Shown here: piece after piece, positions 1 to 12,700 of the stretch
Position numbering within the stretch: the stretch's first letter is position 1
Layout of the letters: each line of letters starts with the position of its first letter
From: a bacterium
Lineage (GTDB): Bacteria; Zhuqueibacterota; Zhuqueibacteria; Residuimicrobiales; Krinioviventaceae
DNA length: 64,000 nt
Assembly (NCBI GenBank): GCA_963675755.2
Contig: CAXXMD010000002.1
Span: 1,984,001-2,048,000, forward strand
Reading direction: 5' to 3'
Notes under the pieces: generated by a model
The model's input: only the letters and a program-made list of their open reading frames with translations
Told to the model about the DNA's origin: nothing
The model's database searches: none
Translations under genes and position numbers: made by a program

Positions 1-1786
1 CCTGGTAGGTCTTTGCCAATCCTCGAAAAGCCTCCGCATTTACCGGATCAATTGCAAGCGCACGATTATAGAATTTCATTGCCTCCTGATATTGTCCCGA
101 GCCTGCATTTACCATTCCCAATGTAACACAGATTGGCGCTAATCCGGAATTCAGTTCATAAGCCTTTTTACATGCTGTTTTGGCCTTGTCTACCCAGTCC
201 GGGTTCTTGCTGATTTCATACTTTAACCAGTATGCTTCACCCAGACCGGCAAAAGCCAGTGCATAATTTTTATCCAGTTCTATTGCATGATTGAACAGAT
301 TCAATGCAGATTCCAGACTTTCAGAATCCTGATATCGCTTTAAATATCCATACCCCTGTAAATAAAATTCATAAGCACCGGGAACATCCGTAACACCGGT
401 CTTGATCTCGGCTTCTGCACGGGTATCAATATTCAAATTCAACATTTGCATGACCTGTTTTACCGATTCTTCCTGCAACAGGATCGCATTTTGTTTTTCT
501 ACATCAACCACCGCAGAATTTAATTGCCGCATCTTGCCCGCATCTACCAGGTTCAATAGCAATCGGTAATGATCACCAAGCTGCTGTAAACTTCCGGTTA
601 CCACAATATTTGATCCAAATATTTTTTTGGCTTCACCGGGACTGCTGATTTGCTGTTTTCGTACTTCACTTGAAGGCACAACCCAAAGCGATTCATGATA
701 TTTTTCCAACTGTGACAACTTGCTGGAAATAATCTCCTGCAAACCGTCACAAAAAGCAGCAAGTTGATGATCATCACCAATATTGGTAAAGGGTAATATC
801 GTCAAATGCTGCTGCGAGTTGTTCCCATCCATCATGGATTTTAAAGGAGTTAAATACCATAAACCCAGGATCACAACCAAAGCGGCAGCTGCCATACCCC
901 AATAGGCATATTGGGGTATACGCTCTCTAAATACTGTTTTGGATTTTTGTTCATCTTCAGGATTGAATTTTTCCTGCACCTGAGGCAAAAGGTCATCCAG
1001 TATTTCAACAGCCGAGGCATAACGATGATTCAGGTCTTTTTGCAGACATTTCAAAATTACTGCCTCTAATCCGTCATCAATATGATTTGTAATGGGCAGC
1101 GGTTCATCGTTCATAATGGAGTAGATAATAGCCTGTTCATAAGCGCCGTCAAAAGGCATGTGTTTGCAGAACATCTCGTACAATACAACTCCCAAAGACC
1201 ATAAATCAGATTGTTCACCAATCTCATTGCCCATGGCCTGTTCGGGACTCATATAGGCTACCGTCCCCAGAGTTGTACCTGCATGTACTACATCAGCTTT
1301 ATCATGGATTTTTGCCAATCCAAAATCCATGATCTTGATCTGCCCCTCACGCGTCACCATAATATTTGTGCTCTTGATATCACGATGCACAATCCCTCTG
1401 CTGTGTGCTGCCTTTAATCCTTCAGCAATTTGTATTGCATAGGATCGGAAAGGGATCGTACCGGTATCAATCAAACCGGGATCCTGGATAATATCTTTTA
1501 ATTCATAGCCATCAATAAATTCCATAACAATAAAAGCGGTATCCTGCATCTCTTCAATGGAATAAACCGTAGCAATATTGGGATGGTTAAGTGCAGCGAC
1601 TGCCCGGGCCTCGTTCAGAAAGCGATCTTTTTGTTCTTTGTCAGCAGACAAATGCGCAGATAAAAATTTAATTGCCACGTACCTGTCCAGTTTACGGTCA
1701 TGGGCTTTGTAAACCACACCCATACCGCCCTGACCGAGCTTTTCTACAATGGTATAATGGCCAATTTCTTTTCCGGGTACTATCAT
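1..1786 (-). CDS. Ser/Thr protein kinase with TM segment, TolB-N-like domain and TPR repeats (3' end runs off the window)
   Basis: Translated by hand from ATG 1786: MIVPGKEIGHYTIVEKLGQGGMGVVYKAHD..VAIKFL, HRDIKSTN, DFGLAK, GTVAYMSPEQ, SDLWSLGV; then a hydrophobic segment, LTILPFTNIG and TPR-like helices (AYEFYLQG..ALAFAGLGEAY). Absent from the ORF track because no stop lies in the window. Confidence 0.9.
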   Translation of the reverse strand, partial: MIVPGKEIGHYTIVEKLGQGGMGVVYKAHDRKLDRYVAIKFLSAHLSADKEQKDRFLNEARAVAALNHPNIATVYSIEEMQDTAFIVMEFIDGYELKDIIQDPGLIDTGTIPFRSYAIQIAEGLKAAHSRGIVHRDIKSTNIMVTREGQIKIMDFGLAKIHDKADVVHAGTTLGTVAYMSPEQAMGNEIGEQSDLWSLGVVLYEMFCKHMPFDGAYEQAIIYSIMNDEPLPITNHIDDGLEAVILKCLQKDLNHRYASAVEILDDLLPQVQEKFNPEDEQKSKTVFRERIPQYAYWGMAAAALVVILGLWYLTPLKSMMDGNNSQQHLTILPFTNIGDDHQLAAFCDGLQEIISSKLSQLEKYHESLWVVPSSEVRKQQISSPGEAKKIFGSNIVVTGSLQQLGDHYRLLLNLVDAGKMRQLNSAVVDVEKQNAILLQEESVKQVMQMLNLNIDTRAEAEIKTGVTDVPGAYEFYLQGYGYLKRYQDSESLESALNLFNHAIELDKNYALAFAGLGEAYWLKYEISKNPDWVDKAKTACKKAYELNSGLAPICVTLGMVNAGSGQYQEAMKFYNRALAIDPVNAEAFRGLAKTYQ

Positions 1787-1853
1787 AAATTTCCAGGCTT
1801 AATTTATCCATACCCACACCCCAGGCACATTCCCTTAACACATGGATTTATTG

Positions 1854-3143
1854 TTATTGACGTTTAATGACTACCAGGGTCATATCATCCATTTGCGGTT
1901 CATTTTGCACAAATGCATTTACAGATTGAAAAATAATATCCACAAGCTCTTTTGCTGAACGGTGCTTATTTTCTGCAACGACTTTTTCCAACCGGGGTTC
2001 ATCATATTCTTCCCGTTTCCTGTTCATCGCTTCGGTAATTCCGTCTGAAAACAGAACAAATACATCACCGGGATCAATTCTTACTCGGGCCTCTTCATAT
2101 ACACTTCGGGCCATAAAACCAACAACCAGCCCACCCTTGTCAAGCTTTTCCAGTTTATCCTTTTTGAATAACATGGGAAGATTATGTCCCCCATTACAAT
2201 AGGAAATGGTGTTATTTTCAGGGTCCAATATACCATAAAACAATGTGGCAAATTTATTTTCATCTGTACTGTGATACATGAGGGTATTGGTGGCCGCAAC
2301 GCAGGTGCTGCAATCGGAATATACAGCAGACTGCCCTCGCAGGGTTGCCTGTAAATTGGCCATCAATAAAGACGCGGGCATACCCTTGCCTGAAATATCT
2401 CCCAGGCAAAATGCAAGGGTACCGTTTGGTTTTTCAATATAATCAAAATAATCACCCCCAACCTCTTTGGCAGATACGCTTTTACCGGTAATTTCGTATC
2501 CGGGTATTGAGGGATCTTTGACAGGCAGTAATCGCTTTTGAATCTGACTGGCCATACGCATATCTTCCTGATATCGCATCAAGGCCTTTTCTTCTTCATA
2601 CAAACGCGCATTCTCTATGATTTGTGAGGATTGAGAAGCAATGATAGACAACAAACGTTGGTCATTCGGGGTAAAGCCGCTGCCATCCATCTTGTTAAAT
2701 ACAGTGATCAGGCCAATCATTTTCCCTTTGGCCATCATGGGTACAGTGAGCAATGTATGCACAGGGAACTCGGGCTCGGGTACCCAATTGATGCGGTCAT
2801 CCGTTTCCAGATTATTAATCAGCAGAGGCACTTTATGTTTCAACATCCAGCCGGTTAACTGGGTGTCCAAACGATAAGGAAGTCCATTAACCTGAGAGTC
2901 CTGCTTGCGGACCATGGTTTGAAACGGATTTTCTTCATTTTTTTCATCCAGCAATTGCACGGCGCATTGTTCAATCTGAAAATGCTTTACACAATTCTGC
3001 ACAATCATATCTACAATACTGTCAACAGATTGTGTTGAAGTTATTGCCGTTGCAATATCATTCAATACTGATAACTCTTTGACAGCAATTTTCAATTGCC
3101 GGTTTTCACTTTCAATCCGGTCAATGCTTGACTGATCAATCAA
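1854..3143 (-). CDS. GAF + PP2C/SpoIIE (RsbU-like) serine phosphatase
   Basis: GAF domain followed by VGGDYFD, GDISGKG, FSDGITEA and DDMTLVV motifs. Start moved to TTG 3143 behind an AAGGGG RBS (track ORF starts at 3260). Confidence 0.9.
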   Translation of the reverse strand: MIDQSSIDRIESENRQLKIAVKELSVLNDIATAITSTQSVDSIVDMIVQNCVKHFQIEQCAVQLLDEKNEENPFQTMVRKQDSQVNGLPYRLDTQLTGWMLKHKVPLLINNLETDDRINWVPEPEFPVHTLLTVPMMAKGKMIGLITVFNKMDGSGFTPNDQRLLSIIASQSSQIIENARLYEEEKALMRYQEDMRMASQIQKRLLPVKDPSIPGYEITGKSVSAKEVGGDYFDYIEKPNGTLAFCLGDISGKGMPASLLMANLQATLRGQSAVYSDCSTCVAATNTLMYHSTDENKFATLFYGILDPENNTISYCNGGHNLPMLFKKDKLEKLDKGGLVVGFMARSVYEEARVRIDPGDVFVLFSDGITEAMNRKREEYDEPRLEKVVAENKHRSAKELVDIIFQSVNAFVQNEPQMDDMTLVVIKRQ

Positions 3144-3622
3144 AATATACCCTTTGGCCTGTTTTATTGAATACAATTCATCAACATGAAATAGAACAAA
3201 GCTTTGGGGTATATTCATTCCTGAATGTAGAGATAAGTATATGGGTGGTGTGAAATACAAAAAAGAGATTATTTCATTTCCGGGTAAACTTTTTGAGGAT
3301 TAAATTGTCTAATATTATAGAAAACTTGTAACCTTGTTGAACAATTAGAGTTTTAAATAAAAAAGTTACTATTACTTTGAATATTTTTTATATTGAGGTT
3401 TATCAATATCAAGAACACCTTTTTCACAGTCGACAATTTTTAACAGAATATAAAAAAATTTACCAGATATTGGAACGAATCAACAGGAATTGTGGTTATA
3501 TATAATAATCCACTCGAAGCAACATTTCTGTCACGGGCCGATATATTTAAATAGCTGAAAATTAAAAGCATTGATTTATTTTAATAGCAATTAGCCAATT
3601 GCTATTTCAGCCGGAGAAGTCC

Positions 3623-3805
3623 ATGAAACCCATTACTCGCCAACAGGCGGAGAAACTGTTTGATCAGGCACAGGTCAAAACCCACAAAATTGAACAAAGC
3701 AAAAAAGAACTAACCATATGTATAGCACTGGACAATGACAGATCCATATTTGTGGTATATGATAATAAGGAACATGAAGAAAAATATTTCTTCAAGGGGA
3801 ACTAG
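3623..3805 (+). CDS. small hypothetical protein (60 aa)
   Basis: ATG 3623 with GGAG RBS, protein-like composition, followed by a hairpin at about 3827-3858. Confidence 0.6.
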   Translation: MKPITRQQAEKLFDQAQVKTHKIEQSKKELTICIALDNDRSIFVVYDNKEHEEKYFFKGN

Positions 3806-3826
3806 ATAAATTCTACGATAATGATA

Positions 3827-3858
3827 TAACCTTTCGGGCAAAATACCCGAAAGGTTAC
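3827..3858. terminator. hairpin between convergent genes
   Basis: TAACCTTTCGGG-caaaata-CCCGAAAGGTTA inverted repeat. Confidence 0.55.
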
Positions 3859-3863
3859 AAGGT

Positions 3864-6287
3864 TTATGATACTTTTTTATATTTATTTACTTGTGTCAGT
3901 TTAAATGAAGTTACCAGTGCCTCAAGCTCACTGGCCTGACTCGCAAGCTCTTCGGAAGAGGTTGCAGATTCTTCGGAACTGGCAGAATTCTGCTGGGTTA
4001 CCAGATTCACTTCTTCTACCATACCACTCAACTCTTTAATACCCCCACGCTGCTGCTCAAAGATCCCAACAATATTAGTCAAAACATTTGAAAGCTTGTT
4101 GATATGATCGTCCATGGTATCAAAGTTTTCAGAAACCGTGCTGTTCATTTTCACAACATCTTCGGCTTTTTTAATTACATCGGCAATCATATCAGCCGTA
4201 GACCCCGCGGCTTCAGCGCTTCTCATTGCAAGGTTTCGTACTTCTTCCGCAACCACGGCAAATCCTTTACCGCTTTCTCCTGCTCTTGCAGCTTCTACCG
4301 CCGCATTCAGGGCAAGCAGATTGGTTTGAAAGGCTATTTCATCAATGGTATTGATGATTTTTGAAGTTTTGTCTGAAGAATCTTTGATATCTTTAACCGA
4401 TCTGGAGAGCATTTTCATATTATCCAGACCCATTTGCACATTACTGTTACATGTAGAGATCATATTATTAGATGCCTGAATTGTATCAACATTCTTGTTA
4501 ACCAGATCTGCCATGGCTAATAAATTACTGCTCATATTCTCTATGGATGCTGCCTGTTCGGCTGCACCATTGGCCAGATTTTGACTTCCCATACTAATAT
4601 GATCTGAAGCGCTTGCAACCTGTATACTGGAAGCGGCAACCTGGGTAAAGCCCTGCTCCAGATTTAACAAGGTAGTATTTAAAGCATTTTTGATCCGGGC
4701 ATGGTCACCAACATAATCCCCATGCATTCGTGGAGTCAGGTCTTTGTTTGCCAGCAAATCAAGTACACCTATTGCTTCTTCAATGGGTGTTAGTATATTT
4801 TGAATTGCATCGTTAAAACTGTTGATCAAATCCAGATACACACCCTGTGCATTTTCTGAACTGGCACGCGATTTCAGATCACCGGTTTTGATTGAATCAG
4901 CAACCTGTTTTACCTGTTCCAATGCCCGCTGCGAATTTCTTATTTCAGATTGGATTTTTTCGTTACTGCTTTTCAGATTATCAACCATGGTTCTGTATGC
5001 ATTGGCCAATGTACCTATTTCATCATTTTGATAAATGTCAATTTCCTGGTCCAGATCGCCCTGTGCAATTCGCTCAGAGATCCGGGTCAGTCGAATAACC
5101 GGTGCAGTTAATCTGTTTCCGGCAATTAATGAAATGGCTACCCCGGCAAATAACAGAACCAGTCCTACGCCTGCAAAGGTGTATAAAAGCTGATTTAAAG
5201 AACTATGAACAACCTGTTGTGTTGTTAAAAAATCATCTTCATAAACACTTGCACCAATGACCCAATCCCATGGCTCAAAATAAGCAAGTGCTGCAATTTT
5301 TTTACGAGCCGTTTTTTCATTCACATTTCTCCAATAGTATTCCTGAAATGCGATCTGCCTTTTATCAAGAGCAAGCGCGGTGTTGATCATATTCTTTACA
5401 AAAAACTCTCCGTTTGCATCCTGAGAGTTTAATACATTTTCACCGTCACGTGTACCTCCATCAGAAATAATGTAATTCCCCTGGTTCATGCCACTGCCTT
5501 CCAGAGCAAAGACATATCCGGTTTTTCCTACTGTAATATCCATAATACCCTGGCGAAGATTTTCAACAGCATCCTGCTTGACACCTACATACAACATGCC
5601 TATAATTTCACCACTGCTATTTTTGACAGGTTTATAGACTGTCAGATACCAGTCATTCACAACAAATGCTCGTCCATGAAAAGTTTCACCACGCAGGATA
5701 GTAGACACAACCGGATTTGCAGCCCCATCCGGATTTACAGCCGGGATATACGTACCAATGGCCCGCGAACCGTCTTTTTTCTCAACATTGGTGCAGATTC
5801 GCAGCATGTCTCCTTTGCTGTTCATGCGTTGAAAAATCGTGCAGGTTCCACCCACCAGATCCTTAACCTTGTCAACCAGAGGTGACTCTGTTGTCATTTC
5901 GTAATTTTTCCCCAGCCACTTTTCACCAATTTCAAATTGAGGCAACTCTACCTGTACAGATGTACGGGTATACTGGTTTATCGCATTCCAGCTTGTGGTT
6001 TTATTATTATTCTCCCTCAACTTGCCCATGGATTGCAATTGAAATTCTGCAACATTTAAATTTTTGTTTAATTGATCTTTGATAATTTCATGTGATGTTT
6101 GACAATAGTTGTAAACATCTTTAGTGATTTGGGCAATATTTTGCTCTTTAAGCAAATCCAATTGACTCATCATTACAGAGTCCACGTCATGTTGCTTGTT
6201 AAATGTTAACAAGAAAAGAACCAGTATAGTACCGAAAATAGAAATTACAGGTAAAGCAATAACTTTTTGTTTAATGGATAATTGCAT
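3864..6287 (-). CDS. methyl-accepting chemotaxis protein (Cache sensor domains, HAMP, MCP signal domain)
   Basis: Two TM segments, Cache-like periplasmic region, HAMP (DEIGTLA), and the signature [37 protein letters not shown]. Confidence 0.95.
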   Translation of the reverse strand: MQLSIKQKVIALPVISIFGTILVLFLLTFNKQHDVDSVMMSQLDLLKEQNIAQITKDVYNYCQTSHEIIKDQLNKNLNVAEFQLQSMGKLRENNNKTTSWNAINQYTRTSVQVELPQFEIGEKWLGKNYEMTTESPLVDKVKDLVGGTCTIFQRMNSKGDMLRICTNVEKKDGSRAIGTYIPAVNPDGAANPVVSTILRGETFHGRAFVVNDWYLTVYKPVKNSSGEIIGMLYVGVKQDAVENLRQGIMDITVGKTGYVFALEGSGMNQGNYIISDGGTRDGENVLNSQDANGEFFVKNMINTALALDKRQIAFQEYYWRNVNEKTARKKIAALAYFEPWDWVIGASVYEDDFLTTQQVVHSSLNQLLYTFAGVGLVLLFAGVAISLIAGNRLTAPVIRLTRISERIAQGDLDQEIDIYQNDEIGTLANAYRTMVDNLKSSNEKIQSEIRNSQRALEQVKQVADSIKTGDLKSRASSENAQGVYLDLINSFNDAIQNILTPIEEAIGVLDLLANKDLTPRMHGDYVGDHARIKNALNTTLLNLEQGFTQVAASSIQVASASDHISMGSQNLANGAAEQAASIENMSSNLLAMADLVNKNVDTIQASNNMISTCNSNVQMGLDNMKMLSRSVKDIKDSSDKTSKIINTIDEIAFQTNLLALNAAVEAARAGESGKGFAVVAEEVRNLAMRSAEAAGSTADMIADVIKKAEDVVKMNSTVSENFDTMDDHINKLSNVLTNIVGIFEQQRGGIKELSGMVEEVNLVTQQNSASSEESATSSEELASQASELEALVTSFKLTQVNKYKKVS

Positions 6288-6864
6288 AATCTACTCCTTG
6301 TCTGCAATATTCACACTATCATTTCACTGTTTTATTATGAATATCCAATACCCCTACAAATGATTTTTCACACAAATTACAGCTGGATTGACGGGAATCC
6401 CCCATTGATTATATGCAAATTAAAGCAGGAGTTAAATTAGCATATAAACAAAATAGTGGATTTGAATCGAGTTCAATTACAATTCCGTATCTACAAAAAC
6501 CGAACCAAACCCACAATACTTGAATTTTGACAAGAAAAATAAACCTTTGTTTTTAAGTACCTTACAATATTAACATAAAATTAATACATGAAAAATTACA
6601 AAAACTGACTGTACAATCGTTAAAAACCAGAAAATTGTAGAGAAAAGCGGGAAAAAATTACTCGTGTAAGTAATGAATTTTTAATCACAGAACAAGTGCT
6701 AATATTAGCTTGCCATTATAGGGGTGTAATATTGCTGTGGTTTAATCATCCATTAAAATTTGGGAGTACTTTGGTTATCTGACATATTGCCAAAATCCCT
6801 CAGGATTATTATATTATTTATCTGTGTTAATACTGACAAAAGAGAGTAAAAAACTGAGGAAATT

Positions 6865-7698
6865 ATGAGTATTCAATCCATATCAGACAAAACAACACTG
6901 AACAATGGCGTAAAAATGCCCTGGTTTGGGCTGGGTGTTTTCGAATCCCGCGAAGGTGGAGAGATTGAAAACGCCATACATACTGCTTTTGAACATGGAT
7001 ACCGTAGTATTGATACCGCATCCTTTTATCAAAATGAACGGGGCGTGGGCAAAGCAATACAGGAAAGCAACGTACCCCGTGAAGAAATATTTGTAACCAC
7101 AAAAATCTGGAATGATGATGTTCGCGCCGGTCGGACAAAGCAGGCGTTTGAAAAGAGCCTTGAAAAACTGAAACTCGACTATATCGACCTGTACCTCATC
7201 CATTGGCCGGTGGGTGGACATTTTGTTCAGGCCTGGAAAGATTTAAAAGAGATCTACCAATCAGGTCTTGTCAAAGCTATTGGTCTTAGTAACTTTATGA
7301 TACACCATTTGCAGGAATTGATGGACAGCAGCGAAATTATACCTACAGTAAACCAGGTGGAATTTCATCCACGGCTGGTGCAGCCCAAACTGCGACAATT
7401 CTGCAAAGAGAATAAAATCCAGTTTGAAGCCTGGAGCCCGCTCATGCGTGGAGAGATCTTTAGCATACCGCAAATCAACAATCTGGCAAAAAAATATAAT
7501 AAAACTGAAGCGCAAATTGTACTGCGTTGGGATTTGCAGCACGAGGTTGTTACTATTCCCAAATCTGCCAAACCGGAACGTATTATTGCAAATGCTCAAA
7601 TTTTTGATTTTGAACTGCAACCGGAAGAAATGGACCTGCTGGATGGTCTTGACAATGCAACCCGAACCGGTCCGGACCCCAATAATTTCAACTTTTAA
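6865..7698 (+). CDS. aldo/keto reductase (2,5-DKG reductase/glyoxal reductase-like)
   Basis: GYRSIDTASFY, FVTTKIWN, IDLYLIHWP, AIGLSNF, IPKS motifs. Confidence 0.95.
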   Translation: MSIQSISDKTTLNNGVKMPWFGLGVFESREGGEIENAIHTAFEHGYRSIDTASFYQNERGVGKAIQESNVPREEIFVTTKIWNDDVRAGRTKQAFEKSLEKLKLDYIDLYLIHWPVGGHFVQAWKDLKEIYQSGLVKAIGLSNFMIHHLQELMDSSEIIPTVNQVEFHPRLVQPKLRQFCKENKIQFEAWSPLMRGEIFSIPQINNLAKKYNKTEAQIVLRWDLQHEVVTIPKSAKPERIIANAQIFDFELQPEEMDLLDGLDNATRTGPDPNNFNF

Positions 7699-7702
7699 TA
7701 AA

Positions 7703-7737
7703 GGTTCCTCCGGTCCCCCCTATATTACCGGAGGAAC
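7703..7737. terminator. hairpin between convergent genes
   Basis: GTTCCTCCGGT...ACCGGAGGAAC inverted repeat. Confidence 0.55.
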
Positions 7738-7743
7738 AATTTC

Positions 7744-9675
7744 TCACCGTATCAATACCATTTTACGGGTATCTGAAAACTCTTTTGAACGGATGGTATA
7801 ATAATAAACTCCTGATGCAGCCTGGTTGCCAGATGCATCGGTCCCATTCCACATGACCTCATAATGCCCGGCAGGCCTGTCTTCATCAATCAGGGTAGCC
7901 AGTTTTTCGCCCTTAACATTGTAAACACCAAGCTCTACAAAACCGTGTTCCTGCAATTCAAATGAAATCCGTGTTACAGGATTAAAGGGATTGGGATAAT
8001 TTTGATACAACCGGTATTGGTTGGGAGTGTGGGTATTTAAATCCACTGCAGTATAGGTAGTTGTATTTTCCACCAGTTGCGCGTCTGTTTCCAATGTAAG
8101 CGAATCTCCCATTGTAGGATAAAGGGTTAATCTCAATCCATAAAATCCGGGAGTTAAACCCTGTGTATTCCACAAGGCCAACAGACCATTTTCAACAGGT
8201 TGCTTGTGCATACCATCAGTATCCCGCCAAATTGTACTGCTGTCTCTGATTCCGGCTGCATATTCAATCTTGTATTGCTTGAACTCGAGCGGATTATCAG
8301 GACCGCTAAGAATTCTGGCCGATCCAACAACAGGCACCTGCTCATTTATCTTGTTGTCAACCCAACCGATTTTTTCCTCAAACAAGAGTGCGCCGCCATG
8401 TGCTTCAGGAACAGCCAGGTAGCCGGTATTTAAAAGCGCTATGGCTGCAGATTCGTCAGCATCTATTTCCGTACCCAACAAAGATGACATGGCAGCAACC
8501 AGAATTCCGGTCTCTCGCGCAATGGTTTGTGACATGTTCAATGTACGGTAAAGTATCATTTCACTCCTGGCAAAAGCACCTATGTACCCTCCACTGCCAT
8601 CGCACACACTGTTGTCAACAACTACGTGGGAACTGTCCATAGACAGTATTTCACCAAACACACAATTTTCAATGGTCAGTTTTGCTTCTTTTGACGCGTA
8701 AAAATTCCAGGTTTCTACCTCTGTATTTATCATACGCATATTACGGTCAGGAACATCCAGCACCTTGTCAGAATATTTATAACCATTGGTCAAATTGGAT
8801 ATTGTTACAGAATCCGGAATATCCACATACAATCCCGCTGCGCGTAATTTTGTATCTCTGAATATTACATCACATCCACTAATGGCAATTGTTCCCCACC
8901 AAACATTTGTACAACTATCTACGGATACAGCATAATCAATGCCTGTTACACCGGGTGTTTCCTCTGAAAACTCGAAACCTACTACCATTGAATCCGCAGG
9001 TAGAGTCATATCTACTTTACTGTTTTCCGGTAAAACAAACCAGAACAACAGAGAATCACATTGGCTGAAATTTATTGTGTTTTGATTAAAACAAAGATAC
9101 TCACCCGGAAGAATGCTTCTGGCTATGTCGGCGCTGCTGTTTTCCATCATTGCCGTTGTGATAAATCCTTTGGAAATATGAGAATCATGAATTTCAAGAT
9201 ATGCTTCGTTGGTCATACCAATATCCCAACTTTGATTGGAGGATGTAAAATTCACCCCGTTCATCAAAAACCTGCCATTCTCAATAATCAGAGATTCGTG
9301 CTCATAAATATATTCTTGAACAATAGTAAAATTACCGCCCCGAACATCCAGAGTACCATTCCCCATGATATAAATATCACCATCGATATAAAAATCAGCA
9401 TTATCCAATAACAATATGCCATTATTTACAATGGCAAGATCACCATCCAGATGATAACTACCGGTAATTGTAAGCGTTTCATTGGGATCAGGATATCCTA
9501 CAATGAGTTCAGCGTCATTCGTTTTCTTTTGTTTCTTTAATTGTGGTAAAGAATGGAGCGATCTGGCAAAGGATTTTGCCTGTGCCGACGGAATTACCAA
9601 TAACGAATCCTGCGCTAAAGTTTTCCCCGATATGATAAAACTGATAATAATAGCAATCAAACTCAAATTTCTCAT
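7744..9675 (-). CDS. secreted beta-helix-like protein with C-terminal T9SS-type/FlgD-Ig sorting domain
   Basis: Signal peptide, beta-rich repetitive body, C-terminal LYQNYPNPFNPVTRISF...WNGTDASGNQAASGVYYY..KMVLIR. ATG 9675 has an AGGAG RBS. Confidence 0.75.
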   Translation of the reverse strand: MRNLSLIAIIISFIISGKTLAQDSLLVIPSAQAKSFARSLHSLPQLKKQKKTNDAELIVGYPDPNETLTITGSYHLDGDLAIVNNGILLLDNADFYIDGDIYIMGNGTLDVRGGNFTIVQEYIYEHESLIIENGRFLMNGVNFTSSNQSWDIGMTNEAYLEIHDSHISKGFITTAMMENSSADIARSILPGEYLCFNQNTINFSQCDSLLFWFVLPENSKVDMTLPADSMVVGFEFSEETPGVTGIDYAVSVDSCTNVWWGTIAISGCDVIFRDTKLRAAGLYVDIPDSVTISNLTNGYKYSDKVLDVPDRNMRMINTEVETWNFYASKEAKLTIENCVFGEILSMDSSHVVVDNSVCDGSGGYIGAFARSEMILYRTLNMSQTIARETGILVAAMSSLLGTEIDADESAAIALLNTGYLAVPEAHGGALLFEEKIGWVDNKINEQVPVVGSARILSGPDNPLEFKQYKIEYAAGIRDSSTIWRDTDGMHKQPVENGLLALWNTQGLTPGFYGLRLTLYPTMGDSLTLETDAQLVENTTTYTAVDLNTHTPNQYRLYQNYPNPFNPVTRISFELQEHGFVELGVYNVKGEKLATLIDEDRPAGHYEVMWNGTDASGNQAASGVYYYTIRSKEFSDTRKMVLIR

Positions 9676-9758
9676 GCGTATCAACTCCTGATTTTTTTCT
9701 AATTTATATTACGAAAAATAACAGTTTTAGCGTGTGACCTTACGCACAGAGATATAAT

Positions 9759-12700
9759 TTATTGGTGTGGATATTGATAAGTTATATCAAAACGTGTACC
9801 TGTTGAATTTGACACCTCAATGTTACCACCCAGCTGCCCCACCAGGCTGTTGACAAGGCGCAGTCCTAATGATTTTACACTGGTAAAATCTATCTTGGTA
9901 TCCAATCCAACACCTTCATCCCAAATGGAGAGACTATGCTTTAAGCAATTTTCATGATCAAGATGACACTTTTCAACACGCAGTTCAAGATGAATATCTC
10001 CCTCACCTTCAGGATATGCATATTTAAAAGCATTTGTCATTAATTCATTAACAATCAAACCACAAGGTATTGAACGATCAATATCGAGTCCCACATCTTC
10101 AGGAATGTCTACAATAACATTCACGTTACTTGCCTGCTCTTTAAAAAGATAGGAAATATGGTCAACAATTCCCTGCATATAAGACTTGAAATCAATTTTT
10201 GACAGATCGTTCGTTTGGTACAACCTCTCATGTACCAACGCAATGGTTTTCACCCTGTTACGGCTCTCTTCTATAACGTTCTGTACATTATCTTCAGGGT
10301 GATTTCGTCCCTGCAAATAGAGCAGGCTTGAAATAATTTGAAGATTATTTTTAACCCTGTGATGTATTTCTTTTAATAAAACTTCTTTTTCATTCAATGA
10401 TTTTTTCAATTCATTTTCAAATAAAATCTGGGCCGTAACTTCCATACCGTAAATATTGAAATATGTTTCACCAGAAATGGGTGCAATGGTCAACTTGTAA
10501 TAATAATCATCATGACACTGTTCGATATACTCTTGCACTGTGTGCTCTTTTTTCGCAGTATCAATAATTGTTAAAATATGATCGGGGACTGTATTGCCTA
10601 TTTTCGCATCCCATTGTGATAAAAGTTGAAACGAAGACTCGTTAGCAAACAATATCACACCCATCTCATCAATTCTAATTACAGGACTAGGATTTTCATT
10701 TGGAAAGCGAGCCATACTTGCAATATTGATTTGAGCTTCTTTTATAGCAGTCAACTGGTTTTCCAACAATTTGTTGATATTGGCAAGTTCCATGTTTTTA
10801 TTATCTACCAGTTTTTTGGCTTGCATCAACTCTTTATTCCGGGTTTCAAGCATTACATTATTTTTTAAATTTCTAAAAATCAAGAATGTGATCACCAGCA
10901 ATAACGTCATCATCATTCCTATAAACCAGTTTTGCTTCCAAATTGAAGGTAAAACATGAAAATGGATCTTTGCAGGAGTAGGATCAACATTCAGATCATC
11001 ATTCATAGAACGAATTTGTATTGTATGCATACCCGGTGACAGCATCAGAAAAACATTATTGGTTTCAGGCGTATATGGAGACCAGTTACCATCATCCAAC
11101 TGGTATGAATATAATAACCAATTATCATTTTGGGGCTGCCAATGGTCGTTCCCTTCCCATTTAACCACAACATTACCCGGGCTTGCAACTTTATCAATTG
11201 AAGAAAAGATAGTTGTTTCCGGAATATTCTTTTCAAAAAATACACCCACACTAAATATTTTATACATATCAAGATCAAATTTGGGGTATTCCGGATTGGG
11301 CTGTAAAAACCAAAATTCATTAAAAAAATTCAACCAAAGTTTTGAATCACTTTCTTTATAAAAATAGATATAATCTTTAATGTCCAAATCAAATGGAAAT
11401 TCCAATTCAAACCATTGTGTCATTTCAATATCTTTTACATTCATGATACCGTAATTAATTCCTGTTTTGGTAGATATTACTACTCGGTTATTACTCAGGA
11501 ATACGACATCACGAATATTATTATCAATCAAACCATGTGAGGCATCCAAAATCTTCCAATTTTGTCCATCATATACAACAATTCCATAGCCCCTGCTACA
11601 AAACCACAATCTGCCATCAGGATCAAGGACTATATTATCAAACTTTGCTTTTTCAAGTCCGGGTACTTTGATATCCTGCCAGCTCTGATCATCAAACACT
11701 TTGATCCCATAATATCCGCAACTCCAAACGCGACCATCAGGAGACTGTTCAAGTCCATATGAAACGTCCGGTGCGTTGGGTTCCAAGTGATGGTACCATT
11801 CCCCCCCGGTCTGATCATCAGGAATAAACTCTAATAACCCACCCTTGAAATTTTCATCATATTCAAAATCAACAGCTCCGGACAACCACAAATGACCATT
11901 CCGATCTTCAAGGATAGTATTATATCCTATTGACCAGGAAAGGTTTGAATGAATTGTACGTTTCCATTTATTATTTTCATAAAATGCAGTTGCGGCAACA
12001 CCATGATGAGAACCTATAGCCCACACTTGACCATTTTTCAGGCCAAAAAGATGTTGCGGGTGACTCATTAAACCTTCTTTGATACCAAAGCGGGTTTGCA
12101 TATTCTGCTTTGCCTGAATTACATCATTATTATTATCAATATACCAGTTTGCTCCCATTTCATCTTTAAATTGGAGTACACCATTATTCCAAAACGCTTC
12201 ATTCTTGCTTGCATTCACAAATCTGGAGACAAACTGATTTTCACCACACAGCCATACATCACCGTTAAAATCTATCAGTCCGAACGTTCGATTACTGGGC
12301 ACTTTATTTTTAAGAGATGAATAGGTATAAATTTTTATTTCATCATTTTTTAAAACATGAAATGACTGGCTCCCGGTAATCCATATCTCGTCATCTGTCT
12401 CAATCAAATCAGAATTTCGGTTAAACCCGCCAAGGTTTGTGAGATCGATATATCTCCACTTTTCGTTCTCAAAAATATTTACACCACTTTTTTTATCTTC
12501 ACTTAATACCCAAATAGCTCCATCTTTGGTCTGAAACAAATATGGAGTCTCACCAGGAACCAAGCCATCTTGTTCAGTATAAAAAGCATCAAATAATTCA
12601 ACTTTACCCTTGTCATCTGTAATTTCAAACCATCCAACATTACCATTCTGAACAGCATACCAAATACGTTGATTAAAAACATCAAAAACTAGATTTCGGG

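Noticed and set aside
598-1417. Short track ORFs 598-780 and 1211-1417
   Set aside because: They are alternative-frame or antisense shadows of the kinase gene 1-1786.
6288-6864. Riboswitch or RNA gene in the long intergenic regions (also 61836-62311)
   Set aside because: No tRNA, rRNA or known riboswitch consensus was recognisable by eye; an Rfam scan would be needed to exclude one.
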